The translations under genes were made by a program, and so were the position numbers. A DNA stretch of 58,512 nucleotides from Xanthobacteraceae bacterium (GTDB lineage: Bacteria > Pseudomonadota > Alphaproteobacteria > Rhizobiales > Xanthobacteraceae): the NCBI GenBank assembly GCA_030037065.1, contig JASHRW010000099.1, forward strand, positions 1 through 58,512. Direction: 5' to 3'. Within the stretch, counting starts at the first letter, position 1. Each line of letters starts with the position of its first letter. The notes below the pieces were generated by a model. That model ran no database searches. It was not told the origin of the DNA and was given only the letters and a program-made list of their open reading frames with translations. This document shows, piece after piece, positions 9,213-18,950 of the stretch.

Positions 9213-11402
9213 CTAGGGCTGCGCGCTGAAAGATTGCGCTGCGGATTGCCGGCGCAAATCGTGGTTCTTCACCGGCAACGAGCGGATGCGTTTGCCGGTG
9301 GCGGCGAAAATCGCGTTGCAAAGGGCCGGTGCCAGCGGCGGCACCGGCGGCTCGCCGACCCCGCCCCAAAAGTCGCCGCTCGGCACGATCATCGTCTCTA
9401 CCCTTGGCACGTCGTTGATGCGCAGCATCTGATAGGTGTCGAAGTTCGATTGCTCGGCGCCGCCGTCCTTGATGGTGATCTCGCCATAGAGCGCCGCCGT
9501 CAGCGCGTAAACGATCGCACCCTCGGTCTGCATTTCGATCGAGAGCGGATTGACGACGTGACCGCAGTCGAGGGCAGACACTACGCGATGCACGCGCACA
9601 CGGCCGTCTTCAACCGAGACTTCGACCACTTGCGCGCAATAAGAGCCGCAGGCCTCGTTCAGCGCGATTCCGCGAAAAACGCCAGCGGGAGGCGGGCTGC
9701 CCCATCCCGCTTTCTCGGCCGCGGCGTCGAGCACGGCAAGATTCTTTGGACTCTTGCGCAGCAGGAGCCGCCGGTAATGGTAAGGATCGATGCCGGCAGC
9801 GTTCGCCATCTCATCGACGAAGCCTTCCTTATAAAAGGCATTTTGCGTGTAATTGATCGCGCGCCAGACACCGAGCGGAACGGGCGTCCGCCGCACGACG
9901 TAATCGACCAGATAGTTCGGCACGTCGTACGGCATCTCCTCGGCGAGACCGCTCACAAAAGTATTGTCGATGAAACCCGAACTGAACCCGCGCAGAAGCT
10001 CGGCGACGAATGACGGTCCCGCCAGTCTGATCGACCACGCGATCGGCATACCGCCGGCGTCCAGTCCGGCGGCGAGGCGCGCCATACCGAACGGCCGATA
10101 GAGGTCGTGCTGAATGTCTTCCTCGCGCGTCCATACCAGCTTGACGGGCTGCTCCACCTCCTTGGCAATGAGCACCGCCTGCCGAACATATTCCTGTATC
10201 GTGCCGCGCCGGCCGAAGCCGCCACCAAGCAGTGTGCGATGGACCACGACGTTGTTGTCGGGGACTCCGGCGGCGAGCGCGGCGGTGGCGAGCGCGGTCG
10301 ACGCATCTTGCGTGGGGACCCAGATTTCGACGCCATCGGGACGCACATGCGCGGTGCAGGTCTGCGGCTCCATGGTCGCATGGGCGAGGAAGGGGACCGT
10401 GTAGTCTGCTTCTATCCGTTGCGCGGCGCGCGCAAAGCCGGCGGAAACGTCGCCGTCGGCACGACCGATCTGGGCCGGCGACGCGTCAAGGCCGGTGCGC
10501 ACAAGATCGTGGATGGCGGAGGTGGAGAGACTACCGTGATCGGCGTCGTTCCACGTGACGCGGAGCGCCTGCACCGCGCTCTTCGCTCGCCACCAGGAAT
10601 CGGCGATGATGGCGACCGCGTCCGGCATTCGAACAATGCGGCGCACGCCTTTCATTCCATGGATTGAGCTCTCGTCGACTGATTTCAGCGTTCCGCCAAA
10701 TACCGGGCATTGCATGATGGCGGCGTAGAGCATGCCGGGCAGCCGCACATCGATGGCGTAGATCGGCTGGCCGGTGATCTTGTCGAACACGTCGAGACGC
10801 TTCCGTGGCTTGCCGGCAAGTGTCCAATCGGCAACGGGCTTAAGTTTGACGCCAGTAGGAGGCTCGATCCTGGCCGCGTCGTCGGCGACCGCCCCAAAGC
10901 TCATCGTGCGGCCGCTCGCGGTGTCCGTGATCGTGCTGTTTTGCGCGCTGCATTGTGATGCTGGCACATTCCAGCGCGCCGCCGCGGCGGCGATGAGCAT
11001 TTCCCGTGCGGTGGCGCCGGCACGGCGCAAATAATCCTGAGATGATGCAATCGAGCGGCTCGCGCCGGTCGACAAGTCGCCCCAGATGCGACCACGGCGC
11101 AAATTCTCCGTTGGCGAGACGAACTCCGTGCGCACCTTGCCCCAGTCGCACTGCAATTCCTCCGCAACCAGCAGGGCGAGACCGGTCAGGGCGCCTTGGC
11201 CCATCTCGGCGCGCGCTATGCGGATCGTTACGAAATCATCGGGGGCGATCACCACCCAGCAGTTGATCTCGGACGCTCCGGCGGTAGCGGCCCGCGCCGA
11301 TTCCGCGCCGGTCGGCATGGCAAAACCCAGCGCAAGGCCGCAGCCCGCACCGGCGGTACCGATTAGAAATGCACGGCGATCAACTTCGCCGGCAGCTCTC
11401 AT
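9213..11402 (-). CDS. IorB-type xanthine-dehydrogenase-family molybdopterin-binding subunit with Tat signal
   Basis: A twin-arginine leader (DRRAFLIGTAGAGCGLAL) is present. The protein is 729 aa and its layout is typical of isoquinoline oxidoreductase beta / membrane-bound aldehyde dehydrogenase large subunits. A GGGGGAG ribosome-binding site lies upstream. There is no adjacent 2Fe-2S gene. Confidence 0.8.
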   Translation of the reverse strand: MRAAGEVDRRAFLIGTAGAGCGLALGFAMPTGAESARAATAGASEINCWVVIAPDDFVTIRIARAEMGQGALTGLALLVAEELQCDWGKVRTEFVSPTENLRRGRIWGDLSTGASRSIASSQDYLRRAGATAREMLIAAAAARWNVPASQCSAQNSTITDTASGRTMSFGAVADDAARIEPPTGVKLKPVADWTLAGKPRKRLDVFDKITGQPIYAIDVRLPGMLYAAIMQCPVFGGTLKSVDESSIHGMKGVRRIVRMPDAVAIIADSWWRAKSAVQALRVTWNDADHGSLSTSAIHDLVRTGLDASPAQIGRADGDVSAGFARAAQRIEADYTVPFLAHATMEPQTCTAHVRPDGVEIWVPTQDASTALATAALAAGVPDNNVVVHRTLLGGGFGRRGTIQEYVRQAVLIAKEVEQPVKLVWTREEDIQHDLYRPFGMARLAAGLDAGGMPIAWSIRLAGPSFVAELLRGFSSGFIDNTFVSGLAEEMPYDVPNYLVDYVVRRTPVPLGVWRAINYTQNAFYKEGFVDEMANAAGIDPYHYRRLLLRKSPKNLAVLDAAAEKAGWGSPPPAGVFRGIALNEACGSYCAQVVEVSVEDGRVRVHRVVSALDCGHVVNPLSIEMQTEGAIVYALTAALYGEITIKDGGAEQSNFDTYQMLRINDVPRVETMIVPSGDFWGGVGEPPVPPLAPALCNAIFAATGKRIRSLPVKNHDLRRQSAAQSFSAQP

Positions 11403-11448
11403 TCGCTCCCCCGTATAGGAGTTCCCCGGATACGATTTCCTCCCCCCT

Positions 11449-11482
11449 CTGCAACAATGCCAAGTTTTGGCATCGGTTGCAG
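11449..11482. other. Strong hairpin / inverted repeat in a 286-bp divergent intergenic region
   Basis: The sequence is CTGCAACAATGCCAA-gtt-TTGGCATCGGTTGCAG, a stem with a small bulge. It lies between the divergent IorB-like and Bug genes, so it is not a terminator position. It is a possible operator. Confidence 0.4.
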
Positions 11483-11688
11483 GGAAAAATCACTCTCATC
11501 CCCGCTCTAACCTGGATGTCGCGGTCCGCAATGACTCCGCGGCATAGAGCCACCCGCCGGTCATGATAGGCTATCGCCGCTTCTCTGCGGATTCACAAGT
11601 CGGGGAGCCGCCAAGGACCTAAGAAATGACCCGACAACACGTTCCGCGGGCGTGACCGGAGAGAGCGGGGGATCGGAGAACAGCAGCC

Positions 11689-12666
11689 ATGAAGGTATTG
11701 GGCAAACTCGCAGTTGCCGCTCTGTTGGCAATCGCCTCTACCCTTGGTGTGCGGGCGCAGGCCTATCCGTCGCGGCCGATTTCGATCGTCGTGCCGTATC
11801 CGGCGGGAGGCGTTACCGACACGCTTGTTCGCCTGCTCGCCGAGCGAATGAAAAATTCACTCGGCCAGCCGGTCCTGACCGAGAATATGGGTGGCGCCTC
11901 GGGGACAGTCGGCGCGGCGCACGTCGCTCGAGCGGCGCCCGATGGCTATACGCTGTTGCTCGGCAATTCCGAGGCGTTCGTGCTGACGCCCGCCACGATG
12001 AAGCTGCCTTACAATCCGTCGACCGACTTCGCGCCGATCGCGCTATTGCCGAGCTATCCGTTCATCCTGGTGAGCACCAACGACGTGCCGGCGAAGACGC
12101 TTAAGGAGCTGATCGCCTGGATGCAGACAAATCCGGACAAAGTTCTGCAGGGGACCGTTGGCTCGGGCACCATGCAACAGCTCTGCGGTCTCTCGATCCA
12201 GCATACGGTTGGAGCCAAGTGGCAGCTTATTCCCTATCGCGGCGGAACGCCGGCGATGCAGGACATGCTCGCCGGACAGATCAATTTCATGTGCACCGCG
12301 AGCGGCAGCTTCCTGCCGCTGGTGCGCAGCGGGCAGATTCGCGTTTACGCGGTCACCGCAAAGAACCGCATGGAAGCAGCGCCGGGGATTCCGACCGTGG
12401 ACGAAGCCGGACTGCCCGGCCTCTACGTGTCGATATGGAACGCGCTGTGGGTGCCGGCAGGCACGCCGAAGGACATCATCGCCAAGCTCAATGCCGCCGC
12501 CAACGCGGCCATGGCCGATCCGACCTTCCACAAACGGATCGTGGACATGGGACTGGATATGCCGGCGAGCGACCAGCGCACTCCGGACGCGCTCGACGAC
12601 TTGCGCAAAGCCGATATCGCCAAATGGTGGCCGATCATCAAGGCTGCGGGACTGAAGGCGGAGTAA
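11689..12666 (+). CDS. Bug-family (TctC-like) substrate-binding protein
   Basis: A signal peptide is followed by YPSRPISIVVPYPAGGVTDTLVRL. This is the second orphan Bug gene in the window. Confidence 0.85.
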   Translation: MKVLGKLAVAALLAIASTLGVRAQAYPSRPISIVVPYPAGGVTDTLVRLLAERMKNSLGQPVLTENMGGASGTVGAAHVARAAPDGYTLLLGNSEAFVLTPATMKLPYNPSTDFAPIALLPSYPFILVSTNDVPAKTLKELIAWMQTNPDKVLQGTVGSGTMQQLCGLSIQHTVGAKWQLIPYRGGTPAMQDMLAGQINFMCTASGSFLPLVRSGQIRVYAVTAKNRMEAAPGIPTVDEAGLPGLYVSIWNALWVPAGTPKDIIAKLNAAANAAMADPTFHKRIVDMGLDMPASDQRTPDALDDLRKADIAKWWPIIKAAGLKAE

Positions 12667-12857
12667 TCAAGAAAAGACGCGCGCATCTCTGTTCGTATTG
12701 CCCGCGTCGGCCCGCCTTGCGGAGTACGGCTGGAGACTCTATTCACGATGGCGGGAACGCGTGGCGATCGCCGACCGGTTCGGTCTGCCGCCGCGCGCAC
12801 GATCGGGGAAAATCGGAAGCCGGTTTTTTGCCGGTTCATGCGCGCTTGAAAGAAATA

Positions 12858-13988
12858 ATGGAGAGCCAAATGGCCAAGAACGCGGTCGTTTCCGAGGACC
12901 TTGCCAGCAAGTTCAAGACCGAAAAGGAAACCCCATACACGCGTTGGGTCAAATCCGAAGGGCTCGACATCCTGCCATCCATTTACGTGCGTAATCTTCG
13001 GACCGTCGAACTGAAGCCCTGGGCGCGCCGCGGCGGCAACGCCGTGTTTCTTAACCACGATGCCTCGCGCACGTCGAACGATTGCCACGTCATGGAAATC
13101 CCGCCGGGAAAGAGTCTGAGCCCGCACCGGCAGCTCTACGAGGAGATGATTCTCGTGCTTTCCGGCCGCGGCTCGACCACGGTGTGTAACGACGCCGGCG
13201 CCCGGATCAGCTTCGAGTGGAATGAAGGCGCGCTGTTCGCCATTCCGCTCAATTGCCATCACCAGCATTTCAACGGCTCGGGCCGCGAGCCGGTGCGCTA
13301 TGTCGCGGTGACCAACGCGCCGCCGGTGATCAATCTGTACGAGGACGTCGATTTCGTCTTCAACACCAAATACGACTTCAAGGACCGCTTTTCCGGCGAG
13401 CCGGATTATTTCAGCTCAAAGGGCGAGCAAAAGGGCTTTCTGCTGACTACCAATTTCGTCCCCGATGCGGTCAACATTCCGCTGGTGACCGCGGCGGAGC
13501 GCGGCGCCGGCGGCGGCCACATTCGCTTCAACCTAGCCAAAGGCTCGATGAACAGCCATATCTCGCAATTCCCGATCGGCACCTACAAGAAGGCGCACGC
13601 GCACGGTCCCGGTGCCCACGTCATCGTACTCTCGGGCGAAGGCTTTTCGCTGATGTGGCCGGAAGGCGAGGAGCCGCAGCGCTTCGAATGGGAGGTCGGT
13701 ACCCTGATCGTGCCGCCCAACATGTGGTTTCACCAGCACTTCAATTCCGGCGCGACGCCGGCGCGCTATCTCGCTTTCAAGCACGAGGGCGTCGCCATCC
13801 GTAATGCGCAAGGTGTTCCCAAGGCCTGGATCAGCCGTCGCGTCGGCGGCGATCAGCTCGATTATATCGACGAAAAGCCGGAGATTCGCCGGCTGTTCGC
13901 GACCGAGCTTGCCAGGCGTGGCGTCGCGCCGCGCATGGATGCGGCCTACGCCAAGGAAATGGAGCAACTTGGGCTTAAGACGGCATAG
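12858..13988 (+). CDS. Bicupin (two-cupin-domain) protein, possible ring-cleaving or isomerising metalloenzyme
   Basis: I chose the internal ATG of ORF 12219..13988 (MESQMAKN..). The upstream part of that ORF overlaps the Bug gene. The duplicated cupin motif-2 reads PLNCHHQHFN and PPNMWFHQHFN. The C-terminal cupin motif-1 reads GTYKKAHAHGPGAH. Confidence 0.7.
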   Translation: MESQMAKNAVVSEDLASKFKTEKETPYTRWVKSEGLDILPSIYVRNLRTVELKPWARRGGNAVFLNHDASRTSNDCHVMEIPPGKSLSPHRQLYEEMILVLSGRGSTTVCNDAGARISFEWNEGALFAIPLNCHHQHFNGSGREPVRYVAVTNAPPVINLYEDVDFVFNTKYDFKDRFSGEPDYFSSKGEQKGFLLTTNFVPDAVNIPLVTAAERGAGGGHIRFNLAKGSMNSHISQFPIGTYKKAHAHGPGAHVIVLSGEGFSLMWPEGEEPQRFEWEVGTLIVPPNMWFHQHFNSGATPARYLAFKHEGVAIRNAQGVPKAWISRRVGGDQLDYIDEKPEIRRLFATELARRGVAPRMDAAYAKEMEQLGLKTA

Positions 13989-14006
13989 CGCGCCGTTGTA
14001 CATCGG

Positions 14007-14048
14007 CCGGACGCCATTTAGTTTGTGCCTTCGCTAAGTTGCGTCCGG
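14007..14048 (+). promoter_or_regulatory. Intercistronic hairpin ending 4 nt before the coxM-like start codon
   Basis: The arms are CCGGACGCCATTTAG (14007-14021) and CTAAGTTGCGTCCGG (14034-14048). They match at 13 of 15 positions. Confidence 0.45.
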
Positions 14049-14052
14049 GACA

Positions 14053-14922
14053 ATGAAACCAGCGACTTTCGACTATCACGCACCGCGACAGCTCAAGGAA
14101 GCCATCGAGCTCCTGGCGAAGCTGCCCAATGCCAAAATCTTGGCCGGCGGGCAATCGCTCGTGCCGATGATGAATTTTCGTTACGTGATCGTCGATCACC
14201 TGATCGATCTCGGCGGCCTCGATGAACTGCGCGGCATCACGCTCGGCAATGGACTCCTGCGCATCGGGGCCATGACCCGCCAGCGCGATCTCGAAGTGTC
14301 CCCCGAAATCGCCAAACATTGCCCGTTAATGTCGGAGGCTTTACGCCACGTCGGTCATCGACAGACCCGCAACCGCGGCACGATCGGAGGCAGTTTGGCG
14401 CACGCCGATCCGGCCGCGGAACTGCCGGCCGTGTGCGCGGCCTACGATGCGACCGTCCACGCCGTGAGCGTGCGCGGCATCCGCCAGATTCCATTCCGCG
14501 AATTTGCCGCGGGCTTCATGGCAACCGCGCTAAAGTCCGATGAAATGATCGCGGCGGTCGATGTGCCGATCTGGCGGCTCGGCCATGGTCATGGATTCCA
14601 TGAATTCGCCCGCCGCCAGGGCGACTTCGCCATCACCGGCGCTGCCGCGCTGCTCGATGTCGGCGTCGATAATGTGGTGCGGCGGGCGACGCTGACGCTG
14701 TTCGGTGTGACCGCTTCGCCGCTACGGGTCGAGGCGGCGGAATCGCGGCTCGTCGGGCAACCGCTCGATGCCGGCGCCATCCGCGCCGCGGCGGCGGCGG
14801 CATGGCTGATCGAGCCGATTTCGGATATCCATGCCGGCGGCGAGTACCGGCGTCACCTCGCGCAAGTTCTAAGTTCCCGCGCGCTCAATGACGCGGCGCG
14901 CCGGGCCGGCGTGACGGCCTGA
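14053..14922 (+). CDS. FAD-binding medium subunit of a xanthine dehydrogenase/CoxM-family molybdenum hydroxylase
   Basis: The start reads MKPATFDYHAPRQLKEAIELL..AKILAGGQSLVPMMNFR, and NRGTIGGSLAHADPAAELP is present. The protein is 289 aa, with no extra Fe-S insertion. Confidence 0.85.
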   Translation: MKPATFDYHAPRQLKEAIELLAKLPNAKILAGGQSLVPMMNFRYVIVDHLIDLGGLDELRGITLGNGLLRIGAMTRQRDLEVSPEIAKHCPLMSEALRHVGHRQTRNRGTIGGSLAHADPAAELPAVCAAYDATVHAVSVRGIRQIPFREFAAGFMATALKSDEMIAAVDVPIWRLGHGHGFHEFARRQGDFAITGAAALLDVGVDNVVRRATLTLFGVTASPLRVEAAESRLVGQPLDAGAIRAAAAAAWLIEPISDIHAGGEYRRHLAQVLSSRALNDAARRAGVTA

Positions 14923-14930
14923 GAGTCCAC

Positions 14931-15428
14931 ATGAGCAAACAGGGCACGCTCATAACGGTGAACGGCAAATCGTACGGCCGCGTCGTCGATGCGCGGCTTA
15001 CTCTTGCCGATTTCCTGCGCCATGAAATCAATCTCACCGGCACGCATCTCGGTTGCGAGCATGGCGTATGCGGCGCCTGCACGGTACTTGTCGATGGCCG
15101 CTCCGTCCGCTCATGCCTGATGTTCGCAGTGCAGGCCAACGGCTGCGAAGTGACCACGGTCGAGGGCCTTGCGCCCGACGGCAAGCTCTCGGTCCTGCAG
15201 CAGGCCTTTATCGACAATCACGGCCTGCAATGCGGATTTTGTACGCCGGGAATGTTGATCACGCTGACCGAATTGTTGCGCGAAAAACCGCAACCGAGCG
15301 AGCAGGACGTGCGCGAGGCGATTACCGGCAATCTGTGCCGGTGCACCGGCTACGCCGGCATCGTCAAGGCCGCGCTCGATGCGGCGCAGCGCCTGCGCAA
15401 CGGCGCCGGGAAAGCAGGGGCTCGTTGA
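14931..15428 (+). CDS. (2Fe-2S)-binding small subunit (CoxS-like)
   Basis: The two cluster motifs are CEHGVCGACTV and CGFCTPGMLI...CRCTGY. It starts 8 nt after the medium subunit. Confidence 0.9.
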   Translation: MSKQGTLITVNGKSYGRVVDARLTLADFLRHEINLTGTHLGCEHGVCGACTVLVDGRSVRSCLMFAVQANGCEVTTVEGLAPDGKLSVLQQAFIDNHGLQCGFCTPGMLITLTELLREKPQPSEQDVREAITGNLCRCTGYAGIVKAALDAAQRLRNGAGKAGAR

Positions 15429-17779
15429 TGGGCGTGAAACATTTCGGCGCCCGCGTCACGCGGCTCGAAGATCCGGCCTTGCTGGCCGGCCGCGGCCGTT
15501 TTGTCGACGACGTGAAGCTGCACGGCGTGTTGCACGCCTGTTTTGTACGTTCGCCTCACGCCCACGCCAAGCTTCGCGGCTGCGATTCGCGCGCAGCCTT
15601 GGTCATCCCCGGTGTTCATGCGGTGCTGACGGCGGAAGATTTGCCAGAATTGATGCGCGACCAGCCGTTGCCGCTCTTATTGCCAAATCCATCGCTTACG
15701 GCGGCTCGCACCCAACACGCGCTCGCACGTGACGAAGTGACTTATGTGGGGCAAGCGGTCGCAGTGGTGATCGCCGATACGCGTTACATTGCCGAAGATG
15801 CGGCGGCGGCATTGATCGTCCAATACGACGTGCTGCAGGCGACGTCCGACTGCCGCGCCGCCGCCGAGCATGGCGCCCCGCGCGCGCACAGCGATCTTGA
15901 TTCGAACGTCGCCTCCACGTTTCGCCTGGCCTACGGCGATACCGATTCCGCTTTTGCCGACGCCACGCACGTCTTCACCGAGGCTTTCTGGCAACACCGC
16001 GGCGGCGGTATGGCGATCGAGACGCGCGCGGTGCTTGCTCACCACGATCCGGTTTCCGATCTGCTGACCGTCTGGTCGGGAACGCAAACGCCGCATATTG
16101 GCCGGCGCGTGCTTGCCGATCTGCTCGGCCGCGATCTGCAATCGATTCGCATGATCGCCCCCGATGTCGGCGGCGGCTTTGGGCCGAAGGCGATTTTCTA
16201 TCCGGAGGAGGCGGTGATCCCGGCGGCGGCGCTGAAGCTCGGCCGGCCGGTGAAATGGATCGAGGATCGGCGCGAACATTTCCTCTGTGCGACGCAGGAG
16301 CGCGACCAACACTGGGAAGTCGCGATCGCCGTCGATGCGGAGGGAAAAATCCTCGGTCTGCGCGGCCGCATGCTGCACGATACCGGCGCCTTCGTGCCGT
16401 GGGGCATCGTCATGCCCTATATCGCGGCCTCGACCGTGCCGGGCCCCTACGTCGTTCCGGCCTATCAGTTCGATACCGTTGTTGTACTGACCAATAAGGT
16501 GCCGACGACGCCGGTGCGCGGCGCCGGCCGGCCGCAAGCGGTGTTCGCGATGGAACGGCTGATGGATCGCGTCGCCCGCGAATTGAATATCGATCGCGCC
16601 GAGGTGCGCCGCCGCAATTTCATCCAGCCCGATCAGATGCCTTACAAGGTCGGGCTGACATTCCGCGATGGCAAGCCGCTCATCTACGACAGCGGGGATT
16701 ACCCGGGCGTGCAGGAAAAGGCGCTGGGCCTTGCCGAATACGAAGATTTCCGCGAGCGGCAGAAAGCCGCGATCGAGCAGGGCCGTTTCATCGGCATCGG
16801 CCTCGCCAACTACGTCGAAGGCACGGGCTTGGGTCCATTCGAGGGCGTCACAGTGCGCATGCTGCCGAGCGGCAAGGTAGCGGTCGCGACCGGCGCCACC
16901 AACCAGGGCCAGGGCACGCGCACGACGTTGTCGCAGATCATTGCCGAACAGGTCGGCTGCCGCCTCGAAGACATTGTCATGACGCTCGGCGACACGGCCG
17001 CGATTTCCCAAGGGGTTGGATCTTTCGCCAGCCGCCAAGCGGTCAATGCCGGCTCATCCGCGCTCATTGCCGGTCAGTCGGTGCGCAAGCAGCTCATCGC
17101 GCTCGCCGCGCGTACGCTTGGCGTCAACGAAATCGACATTGAACTTGAAGACGGCATGGCAATGTCGCGGCGCGGAAACAAACCATCGGTCTCGTTCGGC
17201 GATCTGGCGCGGCTCGCGCAGGGAATTCCCGGCGTTTCGCTGCCGGCCGGCCAGGCGGCGGGGATCGAGCACACTGCCTATTACACGCCCTCGCAAGCGG
17301 CCTATTGCTCCGGCACGCACGTGGCCGAAGTGCAGGTCGACGCGATGACCGGCGGCGTCAAGGTACTGCGCTACACTGTCGCTCACGATGCCGGCCGCGT
17401 GATCAATCCGCTCATCGTCGACGGCCAGGTGCAGGGCGGCGTGGCGCACGGCATCGGCAATGCGCTGCTCGAATGGATGCGATACGACGCCAACGCGCAG
17501 CCGCTCACCACCTCGTTCGCCGATTACATGCTGCCGATGGCGACCGACGTGCCGACCTGCGCCATTGCCCATGTCGAGACCGTCAATCCGCTCAATCCAC
17601 TCGGCGTCAAGGGCGCCGGCGAGGGGGGAACCATCCCGGCACCGGCCGCGATCGTGGCGGCGATCGAAGATGCGCTCTCGCCGTTCGGCGTGCATTTTGC
17701 CGAAACGCCGCTCACTCCCGAACGCATCGTCGCCGCGATGCGCGCCGCCGGCGCTTACGAGAGATTATTTCCAGCATGA
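15428..17779 (+). CDS. Molybdopterin-binding large subunit (CoxL-like, not a form I CO dehydrogenase)
   Basis: I chose the internal ATG (MGVKHFGARVTRLEDPALLAGRGRFVDD); it overlaps the small-subunit stop by 1 nt. The active-site loop region reads PVRGAGRPQ rather than VAYRCSFR. Confidence 0.85.
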   Translation: MGVKHFGARVTRLEDPALLAGRGRFVDDVKLHGVLHACFVRSPHAHAKLRGCDSRAALVIPGVHAVLTAEDLPELMRDQPLPLLLPNPSLTAARTQHALARDEVTYVGQAVAVVIADTRYIAEDAAAALIVQYDVLQATSDCRAAAEHGAPRAHSDLDSNVASTFRLAYGDTDSAFADATHVFTEAFWQHRGGGMAIETRAVLAHHDPVSDLLTVWSGTQTPHIGRRVLADLLGRDLQSIRMIAPDVGGGFGPKAIFYPEEAVIPAAALKLGRPVKWIEDRREHFLCATQERDQHWEVAIAVDAEGKILGLRGRMLHDTGAFVPWGIVMPYIAASTVPGPYVVPAYQFDTVVVLTNKVPTTPVRGAGRPQAVFAMERLMDRVARELNIDRAEVRRRNFIQPDQMPYKVGLTFRDGKPLIYDSGDYPGVQEKALGLAEYEDFRERQKAAIEQGRFIGIGLANYVEGTGLGPFEGVTVRMLPSGKVAVATGATNQGQGTRTTLSQIIAEQVGCRLEDIVMTLGDTAAISQGVGSFASRQAVNAGSSALIAGQSVRKQLIALAARTLGVNEIDIELEDGMAMSRRGNKPSVSFGDLARLAQGIPGVSLPAGQAAGIEHTAYYTPSQAAYCSGTHVAEVQVDAMTGGVKVLRYTVAHDAGRVINPLIVDGQVQGGVAHGIGNALLEWMRYDANAQPLTTSFADYMLPMATDVPTCAIAHVETVNPLNPLGVKGAGEGGTIPAPAAIVAAIEDALSPFGVHFAETPLTPERIVAAMRAAGAYERLFPA

Positions 17780-18333
17780 ACGACACGCAGGCACAGACCG
17801 AGACCACGCCGTTCTGGCGCTTCTCGCTGCAATTTTACCGGCTTTCCGGCGTGTCCGACGCCTGCATCGCGCTACAGGACGATTGCGGCGTCGACGTCAA
17901 TCTTTTGCTGTTTCTGTTCTGGTTGGCGTCGGAGGGTCGAGCGCTCGCCGTCGAAGAGGTCAAAAAACTCGACAACAACGTGTGCACCTGGCGCGAACTG
18001 ACGATCGTTCCGATCCGCGACACCCGGCGCAAGCTCAAGGGCGCCCGTACCCTGGTCGACGCAGGAAGGCAGGAGGCTTTTCGCAATAAGGTGAAGGCCG
18101 TCGAGCTTGAGGCCGAGCGATTGCAGCAGGAGGCGCTGTACGCATTGACCCAGTCGGGGCCGCCGGGCAAGCCGGCCGACCCAAGCGCGGCGGCGCGCGA
18201 CAACGTTGCGGCTTACGAACGCGCCCTAGGCGCGACCTTCGCGAAGGGCGCGGCCGGTCTTCTTTTCCGCGCGTTCGATTCAATTCCACATCGTGGCCGC
18301 GCTGCGGCTGCTGCTGTTGCAGGGCAAGGGTAG
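17776..18333 (+). CDS. DUF2390 / TIGR02444-like protein of unknown function
   Basis: The ATG overlaps the large-subunit stop (ATGA). FWRFSLQFYRLSGVSDACIALQDDCGVDVNLLLFLFWLA matches my recollection of the DUF2390 N-terminal signature. It is about 185 aa. Confidence 0.6.
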   Translation: MNDTQAQTETTPFWRFSLQFYRLSGVSDACIALQDDCGVDVNLLLFLFWLASEGRALAVEEVKKLDNNVCTWRELTIVPIRDTRRKLKGARTLVDAGRQEAFRNKVKAVELEAERLQQEALYALTQSGPPGKPADPSAAARDNVAAYERALGATFAKGAAGLLFRAFDSIPHRGRAAAAAVAGQG

Positions 18334-18341
18334 GGACGCTC

Positions 18342-18950
18342 ATGGCCAAACATGCAGCGCGGCTGATCGTCGGCATATCCGGTGCTTCCGGCACGATCTA
18401 TGGCGTGCGGCTTCTGGAAATGCTGCGCGCCGCCGAAATCGAAACCCATCTGGTCATGAGCAAGTCGGCGGAGATGACGCTTGTCTACGAGACCGATCTC
18501 AAGCCCAAGGACGTGCGCGCGCTCGCCTCGGTCCACTATCCGATTTCCGACATCGGGGCCGCGATTTCGTCCGGCTCGTTTCCGACGATGGGTATGGTGG
18601 TCGCGCCCTGCTCGATCCGCACCATGAGCGAAATCGCCTCGGGGGTGACCGCCTCGCTGCTGTCGCGCGCGGCCGACGTGGTGCTCAAGGAGAAACGCCG
18701 CCTGGTGCTCGCCTTGCGCGAGACGCCGCTGCACGTCGGGCACCTGCGCAGCATGCTCACCTTGGCCGAGATCGGCGCCGTGGTCGCCCCGATCGTGCCG
18801 GCGTTCTACAATCGTCCGAAGACGGTCGACGACATCGTCAATCATACCTGCGGGCGGCTGCTCGACCTGTTCGGCATCGACACCGGCGTGGTCAAACGCT
18901 GGAAGGGCGGGAGGCCGGACGACGGACGACAGACGACAGACGACAGATGA
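18342..18950 (+). CDS. ubiX: UbiX-family flavin prenyltransferase (prFMN synthase)
   Basis: The motifs RLIVGISGASGTIYGVRLLEML and MVVAPCSIRTMSEIASGV are present. It is the only UbiX in the window. Confidence 0.9.
   Translation: MAKHAARLIVGISGASGTIYGVRLLEMLRAAEIETHLVMSKSAEMTLVYETDLKPKDVRALASVHYPISDIGAAISSGSFPTMGMVVAPCSIRTMSEIASGVTASLLSRAADVVLKEKRRLVLALRETPLHVGHLRSMLTLAEIGAVVAPIVPAFYNRPKTVDDIVNHTCGRLLDLFGIDTGVVKRWKGGRPDDGRQTTDDR

Noticed and set aside
11467-11482. TGGCAT-N4-TTGCA resembling a sigma-54 -24/-12 promoter.
   Set aside because: The GG to GC spacing is two nucleotides shorter than the consensus TGGCAC-N5-TTGC. The motif is simply the 3' arm of the hairpin at 11449-11482.
12219-12857. 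Long N-terminal extensions offered by the ORF track. They affect 12219, 15053, 17305, 19939, 28203, 24248, 25689, 43035, 56720, 49251(-), 32166(-), 42780(-), 54044(-) and 38143(-).
   Set aside because: The extensions overlap upstream genes or consist of Arg/Pro-rich sequence. Internal starts coincide with family-typical N-termini, signal peptides, ribosome-binding sites or stop/start overlaps.
14053-17779. CoxMSL-like genes interpreted as aerobic carbon-monoxide dehydrogenase.
   Set aside because: The large subunit shows PVRGAGRPQ where form I enzymes have the VAYRCSFR loop. No coxD/E/F/G-type accessory genes are present. The context is aromatic-acid catabolism.
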